Shown here in pieces: positions 55,287 through 64,000 of a stretch of 64,000 nt of DNA (position 1 is the first letter of the stretch; every line of letters begins with the position of its first letter). The position numbers were made by a program, and so were the translations under genes. This stretch comes from Octopus vulgaris (Eukaryota). The stretch is taken from positions 4,774,001-4,838,000 of the forward strand of contig OX597826.1 in the NCBI GenBank assembly GCA_951406725.2, read 5' to 3'. Below the pieces are notes generated by a model, which was not told where the DNA came from, did no database searches, and saw only the letters and a list, made by a program, of their open reading frames with translations.

Positions 55287-55648
55287 TAATAATCAATAAT
55301 AAACTACATGTGGAAGACGTTAAAACGTACTCAAGTCATGAGATGTTTGCACGTGACTATAATTTTCCCTCTCTTGTTCTGTGGGAAGATACTTCTAGTT
55401 TGATACACGTTTCTTCTCTAATTCGTATTGGTGTCATTTTATTGCTGTTGTTGGTGGTGTTGTTGTTATTGATAATGATGATGATGATATAATTAGCATT
55501 TTGTGCGCTCGGTTTTGTCTGTTATTTTTTTCTTTTTTGTTGCATTTTCTGTTTAGTCACATCTCAATCGTAATTGAACATTGAACAGGAATTGAATATT
55601 TGGCCAGAGATATTTCAATCGGAAGGTTTTAGAAAGTCCACACTTGTA

Positions 55649-56030
55649 GGCGTAGGAGTGGCTGTGTGGTAAGTAGCTTGCTTACGAACCACATGCTCCT
55701 GGGTTCAGTCCCACTGCGTGGCACCTTGGGCAAGTGTCTTCTACTATAGCCACCGACCGACTGAATTTGGTCGGATTTGGTTGATGGAACCTGAAAGAAG
55801 CTCGTCGTATATATGTATATATATATGTGTGTGTGTGTGTGTCTGTATTTGTCCTCCAACATCGCTGGTGTGTTTACCATCCTGTAACCTAGTAGTTCGG
55901 CAAAAGAGACCGATAGGTTAGGTACTAGGCTTAGAAAGAATAAGTCCTGAGGTCGATTTGCTCGACTAAAGGCGGTGCTCCAGCATGGCCGCAGTCACAT
56001 GACTGAAACAAGAAAAAGAGCAAAAAGAGA
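55649..56030 (+). mobile_element. SINE family B, full length
   Basis: Same architecture as 51593-51995. Confidence 0.93.
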
Positions 56031-57296
56031 GAGAAGTGTCTGAACATCTCCCAAAACGTTTTCTTTCTAATTTTTTTTATAGATAAGCATGTTTGACAAA
56101 ACAAGATAAGCAATAGTTTTCTATAATTCTATTTCAAATCTTTCAACATAAAATGTTTTTTGTGCAATATTCCAAGTTCGCATGTTTTTTAATTTAAAAA
56201 AAATTTTTTTGTACTGGTCATCAGACAGCAACAAAATGTGAAAGACAATTTTTGAACCATTAGAATGATTGCATGAAGATGTGATCTGAGGAAGATAAGA
56301 CTGCTCTATTTCGAGTAGGCCCAATGTTCCGTTCAGATAATTGCTTGCTTTTGTTGTTGCCAGCAGCGTAAAGAAAATAGTTTATAGTAATGGGAAATGT
56401 AATAAAAAATGAATTTAACGACAAACATAGGCTTTCTCTGCGCCCAGCTCCACCTCCATAAAAAAATTCTTAACCGCAAACGGCCTCATATTCAACAAGA
56501 AAAATAATAGCAACTGTAGTGACAAAATAGAAAGATGATGATAATAAGACGAAACGTTTACAAGTAACAAAACATCTTAGCAGTGTATATGTGTTTGTGT
56601 GTGTGTGTTTGTGTGTATTATGTGCGTACGTTTACGTGTATGTATATATGCATTTATTTGCACACACACATATGTATATATTTCTTTACATACATACGTA
56701 CACACACACACACATATGTATATTTCTTGACATGCATGCTTATACACACATACATATCTATATATACTCTTTTCCATTTATATGTGTGTGTATTCTTTGG
56801 CAACTCTATATGTGTATATATGTATGTATGTATATTCTTATATATTCCTGAGTTTGATAAGACATTATTACTTGTTAGCGCTTGTTGTTGTAATTGTAAT
56901 TGACTTTATTGTTGTATTCATAAGAGCACTTGAAAGAACCGCCTCGCCCCGCCTCCCGCTGGCTTCCTATATAAATGTCATATTTAGTGCACTTAATAGC
57001 AAGTTTTCACAAACATACACACACAAACACAAACACTCACACAGAGACACAAACACAGCCTCCAACGCACATAATTACATAGGTGTGTGTGTGTATGACT
57101 ATATGTAAGTTGTACTACTTTGGCAAGTGACTTTATCAAAGACTGTGTGTTGGAACCAAACATTCTTTTGTAGCAGAATCATGACATCCATTTAACAGAC
57201 ACGTGGTCTATTTTATTTTCTTTATAGAATGCAATAAAATTATTAAATCTATTTTGTACATTGTAATATTATTACGCATTGAAACTCAAATGGGTA

Positions 57297-57457
57297 TACT
57301 CTTTTACTTGTTTCCGTCATTTGACTGTGGCCATGCTGGAGCACCGCCTTCAGTCGAGCAAATCAACCCCAGGACTTATTCTTTGTAAGCCTGCCTAGTA
57401 CTTAATCTTTTGCCGAACCGCTAAGTTACGGGGACGTAAATACACCAGCATCGGTTG
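57297..57457 (-). mobile_element. SINE family B 3' half
   Basis: TACTCTTTTACTTGTTTC...CACCAGCATCGGTTG. Confidence 0.9.
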
Positions 57458-57458
57458 A

Positions 57459-57593
57459 CAAAAGAGACCGATAGAATAAGTGCTAGGCTTACAAAGAATA
57501 AGTCCTGGGGTCGATTTGCTCGAATAAAGGCGATGTTCCAGCATGGCCACAGTCAAATGACTGAAACAAGTGAAAGAGTAGAGAGTAAGAGTA
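57459..57593 (+). mobile_element. SINE family B 3' third, fused inverted to the previous copy
   Basis: CAAAAGAGACCGATAGAATAAG...CAGTCAAATGACTGAAACAAGTGAAAGAGTA. Confidence 0.9.
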
Positions 57594-58539
57594 ATAAACA
57601 ATGGAATCGCTTCCCTAATTTGCATATTGTACATATATGGCTTTGAATTTAAACTCCGTTCTGTGCATATATACCACTTGTCATCCCTGATACATATATG
57701 TGTGTGTGTGTATACGTTTGTGTGTATGTGTGTGTGTGTGTATGTTCGAGTGATTGCGTTTATATAACCACATATATGAGTCTGTGTGAATATATATGTG
57801 TGTGTCTGTGTTTCTATGAACGTGTGTATTCGTGTGTAGTCGTTACGGTGAGTTTCTGCCGTCATGTATATGATATGGACTTAAGGCGTAGAATAAGTTT
57901 CTTGGAAAGTAGGTTAGATGCTTTGTCTCTGGCACCAGCAAATCCCACACGTCTCACTGTGACAAGATTAAATTTACATTTTAATAATAGAGCCACATCC
58001 ACGCAAACACACTGGTTCACTCGCATGACACAACTAGAAATAACTACGAAAATATAGTTTTATAGTGCTTCAGTTCGTTGCAAATGACGCAATGAAGGAC
58101 TTGCTGATTCAATTTCTCTAATACAAACACATATATTCTCCCCCTCTCTCTCTCTCTGTATATATATATATTTACTTGTATTTAAAGCAAAAAGCCATGA
58201 ATAGTTGTATCCAAAGCAATGATTAGTAACTTACGAAACCGGTGTGCTTGAATCTCTTTAATAATTTGACAATAATAACTTTTATTATTTTTATTCCTAC
58301 CTCAGTTCATATAATTGTATATATCTTTCGTTACATTGCATAAAAAGCCTTTACTTCTTTTTTTTTATTTACAATGTGCATTTTTGTTTATTTTTCTTAC
58401 TTTTCCCTTACATTACCACGTGTAGTTTCTATTTTCTACGAAGGTTTAACTCTTATGGAGCTAAGTGAGGCTGTCATCAAATACATGTAACTCAATGTGT
58501 TGAGTGCTACGTCCGTTGTCTTTCTTTACGTAAATTCAA

Positions 58540-58859
58540 CTACAGAAACTGAAAGAAACCAATTATATATATATATATATATGTGTGTGTATGTGTGTGT
58601 GTGCGCGTGTGTGTGTGTGTGTGTGCGTGTGTGTATGTGTGTGTGTTTTCTTTGTGTTTGGCCCCCACCATTGCTTGACAGCCGACGAAGGTATGTTTAG
58701 GTCCCCGTAACATAGCGGTCCGGAAAAAAGAGATCAATTGAGTACTTACTTGTACCCTTAAAAACAATAAGCTGTTGTATCGATTCATACGACTAAAATT
58801 CTTCGAGGTGGTTTTCCAGTATAGCCGCAGTTTAACGAACAATTGAAACAAGTAAAAGA

Positions 58860-58860
<1 letters not shown>
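58540..58860 (+). mobile_element. SINE family B, diverged, 5'-truncated
   Basis: GAAACTGAAAGAAAC...(TG)n...TTGCTTGACAGCCGA...GTCCCCGTAACATAGCGGT...GAAACAAGTAAAAGA. Confidence 0.8.
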
Positions 58861-58908
<48 letters not shown>

Positions 58909-58918
58909 AGGGAGAGAT

Positions 58919-58975
<57 letters not shown>

Positions 58976-60521
58976 CACACATACACAGACACAGACACAC
59001 ATGCCAATGTACATGTATAGGAACAGGGGAAACTTCGGTCAGTCAACCAATATGTTAAAAACAATGATAGCGATTCCATGCAAAAGTTCTAATGAAATAT
59101 GTACGCATAAACACACGCACGCACACACACACACATGCATGCACACACACAACCATACATACATACATATAGAAGCGTGTGTATACGTAAAAATAGATAA
59201 ACGCATACAGAGAAAAACATTACTCACACACACGCATACATATATACATACATACATACATAAACACAAACACATACATACATATATATATATACGCAAA
59301 CACACACACATACGCATACACATATACATATAATGTATGAGATAGGATGATTGATAAGCGAAAAATTACTAAGTTTGCCGATGCCAACTTCTTCACTTCC
59401 TTTATCTTTTTAACCCTTCAATGCTCTGTAGCAATCTCTCAATTTTTTACTATTTTATTCTCTTCCTAACCCTTCACCTATCACTATCTCTTTCTATCGC
59501 CGAAATTTATCGAATTTGTTATTTTCAACTTCACTCCTGTATCCCGCTGTAAATCGTCAGCTCTCCGTATAAATCTCTCACATTTTTTTTTTACTTGACC
59601 TTTCTCTTACTCTTTCGTCCTCTTATAGTATCTCTTTCGTCTGTCATATTCTTGTTGTTTCCTTCTCTTCACTTCTTTCAGTTTTACTTTACTACATTTC
59701 GTATTCTTTCGCTTTCATTTTATCGTTCTCGTTCTCCCTCTCTCTGATATACACCCCCCTGTTTACCTTTACATCATTTTCCCTCATTTCTTTCTCTTCT
59801 AAATTTCTCTCCCTATTTTTTTCCATCAAGAATCAATGAAGCATAAAGCTAATTCAGATCTGATATTCAGTGTCAGCATCACGTGACTGTACAGCCGTTG
59901 TGTGACCGCTTGAACGACATTATTATTCTCACACTTCACGTCTGCTTCTTCCACTTCTCGTCTCCCTATCGTCCTCTCTCGTCTTGTCTCGTCTTCGCTT
60001 TATATTGTTTGTTGGTATTACTTTCATTTTGCCTTTCTGTTTTTTTTTTTGCATTCATATTTTTGTCTTAATTTTTGCTTTTGTTTATCCCTAAGTCAAA
60101 TGAAATTAGAATTCCACAGCCGTTCGTTCATGGACATTGAAAATATGCTCAGTCAAATGGTGGCTATATTATGAGCGAGTGGCTGGAGTGGGTGTGTGCG
60201 TTTGCTGGTGGAGAGGGGCAACGATGCTGCAGTAGGAGGTAGTGGTTGAGGAAGAAGTACGACGGTCGGCGTGGATACCGTGATGAAGATGTTGATGACG
60301 CTGATCATTATAGGGGGGAGAAGAATGGCAGAGGAAGAAGAGTTGGAGGAAATGGAGAAGAATGATGATGATCATGATCATGATGATGATCATGATCATG
60401 AGGAGTAGGAGGAGGGGAGGGAGGAGGAGGAAGGAAGGATGGGTGGAGGAGGGGAAAAGGATTAAGTAGGCGGTGGTGGTGGTGGTGGTGATAATCGTCG
60501 CAGACGAAGCGATAATGGCGT

Positions 60522-60553
<32 letters not shown>

Positions 60554-60854
60554 GGGAGAAAAATGACAGACGGGGAGGAACAGAAGGAGAAGGATGAGCA
60601 CGATGAGGATGGTGATGAGTTGATGTTGATGATGATGATGATGATGATGAGAAGAATTTGTTGCAAAGGATAAAAACAAAACAATAAAAGGAAATAACAC
60701 CGCTCCAACCCGGACATAACCACAAAAATGTCTATAAAAGACACCAATGCCACATAACATCGCATACTTACACCACACATACACACATATGTACACAACT
60801 TTATGAACAGGCACATACAAGTGCGCAGACGCGATTTTATATGTGTTTAATATT

Positions 60855-61017
<163 letters not shown>

Positions 61018-61219
61018 GTACGGACACTTAGACGCGCGCGTAGATATACCAAGTCTCGCGGGACATCTGTACAAAACTGACGACGGCTGTTTGGAGCTGG
61101 GGATTCTGGGAAATCTTAGACTAATTTATTGATCCACACGCCAAAACAACACACGTACGCACCAAAACACACACACACAAAAGGAACGTAACTAGGTTGA
61201 TGAATAGATATTGACGATG

Positions 61220-61225
61220 GTGATA

Positions 61226-61298
<73 letters not shown>

Positions 61299-61348
61299 CG
61301 ACGATGACGACGACGACGACGATGATGATGGTGATGATGATGATGATA
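61220..61348. repeat. (GAT)/(GAC)n microsatellite
   Basis: Direct reading. Confidence 0.93.
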
Positions 61349-61497
61349 AGGTGATCCCCAACTTCTTCATGACCATTGTCGTCGTTGTGTTGTCGTCACG
61401 GCTAATAATAATAATAACCATCATTATTATTATTATTATGATTAGTAGTAGTAGTAATAGCAGTAGTAGTAGTAGTAGTAGTAGTAGTCATAATAAT

Positions 61498-61662
61498 AAT
61501 TTCTCCTACAGGCACAATGCCAAACATTTTGGGGAAGAGGGCCAATCGATTACATCGATACCAGCGCTCAACTGGTACTTATCTCATCGACCTCGAAAGG
61601 AGGAAAGGCAAAGTCGATCTCTGTGGAATTTGAACTCAGAACGTAAAGACGGAGGAAATGCC
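61498..61662 (-). mobile_element. SINE family A, tail type 1, head truncated
   Basis: CTGGTACTTATCTCATCGACCTCGAAAGGAGGAAAGGCAAAGTCGA...GGAATTTGAACTCAGAACGTAAAGAC. Confidence 0.85.
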
Positions 61663-61707
61663 ATTGTCATCATAAGAATTTGAGGCTCTCATTTACTGTT
61701 TGCTGTG

Positions 61708-61765
61708 GTTGTTGTTTAGCCCCTGGTCAAGCCTGATTGAGCAGATCTAAGATCAAAACATTCCG
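61708..61765 (-). mobile_element. SINE family C 3' end
   Basis: (GTT)n TTAGCCCCTGGTCAAGCCTGATTGAGCAGATCTAAGATCAAA; reverse of the 9745 and 12551 fragments. Confidence 0.6.
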
Positions 61766-61926
61766 GTTCAAATTCCGGCGAGGTCGACTTTGCCTTTCAT
61801 CCTTTCGGGGTCAATAAATTAAGTATCTGTTACGTACTAGGGTCGATGTAATCGACTTAATCCTTTTGTATGTCCTTGTTTGTCCCCTCTATGTTTAGCT
61901 CCTTGTGGGCAATAAAAAAAATAAGA
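61765..61926 (+). mobile_element. SINE family A body, tail type 2
   Basis: GTTCAAATTCCGGCGAGGTCGACTTTGCCTTTCATCC...CCTTGTGGGCAATAAA. Confidence 0.9.
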
Positions 61927-62501
61927 TACTGTGTTGGCATGATGTGATTTGCAGTGAGATTTAGCTACCATTTCTACGATGTCTAACGATCTTATATATT
62001 ACTTGCTTCTTGATTCATATTCAGATGTTTCTAGTTTGTGAACAAGTTTTTCCTTTGCCATAGTTTCGATATTGGATTCACAATCTTTAAGTCGTGGTTT
62101 CAGTTCTTGTTTCGGTTCTTAGTTTCTCTGAGAAAAACAAATCGTCCGTCCCACAATGCTTCAGTCTACTCTGCGGAAAATTACTACCGACGCAAGCTCA
62201 GCACTGGGTGTTTCTCTTCGACCAAATGGCATCCAACTCAAAACTATGTTTTGGAAGACCAAATTCTCCAGCAGAACAGAAAACGTTTGCGTTTGTTTTG
62301 AACCTGGTACAATGGCATGATAGTACACGGTACGCCCTGCAAACCCACTGCATTGCTGTCCGTCTGAGCATGAAACGTATCGCAGCTCATATATAAATCC
62401 TGTTTATCAAATAATATTTATTTATATACAGATATACGCATACATATCACACACACTGACACACAAACATCTTTGCATGTATCCATCACTCTCTCTCTCC
62501 G

Positions 62502-62536
<35 letters not shown>

Positions 62537-62869
62537 CCCATGGGACCTAATAGTTAATGTTCACGGCGTCCCTCGCCAGACATTATTTCGTAAGGATTAA
62601 AAAGTGAGCTTTAACCACATTAACCTTGTCCATTTATACATATATACCACAATCTGTCGAGGGGCTTCACAAAAGAAACTGCTCCCAGCAGCCCTTTTTT
62701 CCTTCTCTTCGTTGCTTTCTTCTTTCTCACTCAGAGGAGCGTATCGGCGCGTATATAAGAAAAATATGTTAAAAATATAAAAAATGATGCGATTTATAAG
62801 TTTATCGCTTCGATGAATATAACGAGCTGTAATCAAATTATATATACACGTCGAAATAATTCTAATACA

Positions 62870-62908
<39 letters not shown>

Positions 62909-63019
62909 CGTTGTGGTTACTATTCCTTTATATTTCTAAGCAATATACCTCAGTAATATTGATAATAATATTTCTGTATATTTTGTAATTATGTGTAGAT
63001 TTATTGGATTTTATTTGTC

Positions 63020-63060
<41 letters not shown>

Positions 63061-63566
63061 GGTATTTTCCCTTTTTTTATTATTTTTAAGTGTGGAAGAG
63101 ACTTTTAATCAAATCATAAAAACGTATTGATGCGGGACATATATATATATCTTGCCAAATTGGCAATAAAGTTTAATTAATTAAACAAATAGACACACGC
63201 CCAGATATGCGTACGCTACGCGCGCACGCACACAGATACGCTCGCATATATATATTTATATGTGTGTGATAGTTTGTATATAAGTATGTATGTAAATGTG
63301 AGCGAGTACCGATTTTATTTATTTGAGCATATTTAATTAGCAACGCTACTTTGGACTCTTCTACAACATCGTATTTCTATCATTTCACATATTCCTGTTA
63401 GTTCTTTTGTCTTTAGTTGCTATTTAGCAGCTTCTAAAATATGTTTTCGCATGTCTGTTTCATCGACGAGTGAAAGTCACGTGCTTTTCCGCTGCAAGAT
63501 TCTTCAGCCGCACGTCGTCCATTGTGTATCTTGTATGATCGCGTGTATTCGTGTACTCGCGCGCGC

Positions 63567-63615
<49 letters not shown>

Positions 63616-63642
63616 TATGTGTGTATGTGTATACGTACGTAT

Positions 63643-63685
<43 letters not shown>

Positions 63686-63720
63686 TAGATATATGCGTAT
63701 GTGTGTATGTGTACGCGTAC

Positions 63721-63768
<48 letters not shown>

Positions 63769-63928
63769 ATTTGTGTGTATATGTATGTGTACGTATAGAG
63801 AGAGAGAGAGAGAGAGTGGGGGCATACATTATTTCGCGATTTGCACCGAGTGAAGCACGGCAGTCAGCAATTATAGCGTCGCAATTCATACGGATTAGCG
63901 CTTTCCTCCATTGGTAGATATGGAAACG

Positions 63929-63977
<49 letters not shown>

Positions 63978-64000
63978 GGCGTTCTCTTTTTTTTATTATT

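Noticed and set aside
62038-62396. Overlapping short ORFs in non-repetitive DNA
   Set aside because: No domain similarity recognised.

Overview
AT-rich, extremely microsatellite-dense eukaryotic DNA. No intact protein-coding gene can be supported; nearly all ORF-track entries are translated simple repeats. The repeat content (tRNA-derived SINE families resembling octopus OR-type CORE and Nin/Deu SINEs) points to a coleoid cephalopod, probably Octopus; this is recognition from memory, not a database result. The window holds about 30 SINE copies or fragments of four families (labelled A-D here), a decayed CR1-type LINE 3' end, two non-autonomous Helitrons, a Tigger/pogo-like and a piggyBac-like MITE, an RTE-like 5'UTR, and Penelope-like terminal fragments carrying minimal hammerhead ribozyme cores. 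The most notable non-repeat signal is a + strand branch point, polypyrimidine tract and CAG|GTAAGT at ~31386-31422, followed 45 nt later by a second CAG|GTAAG. This is a candidate recursive splice site with RS-exon and suggests the window lies in a very long intron. Other highlights are the CR1 3' tail shared with SINE family B, a recurring CUGUNGA hammerhead core variant, and several inverted SINE pairs that would form long dsRNA.
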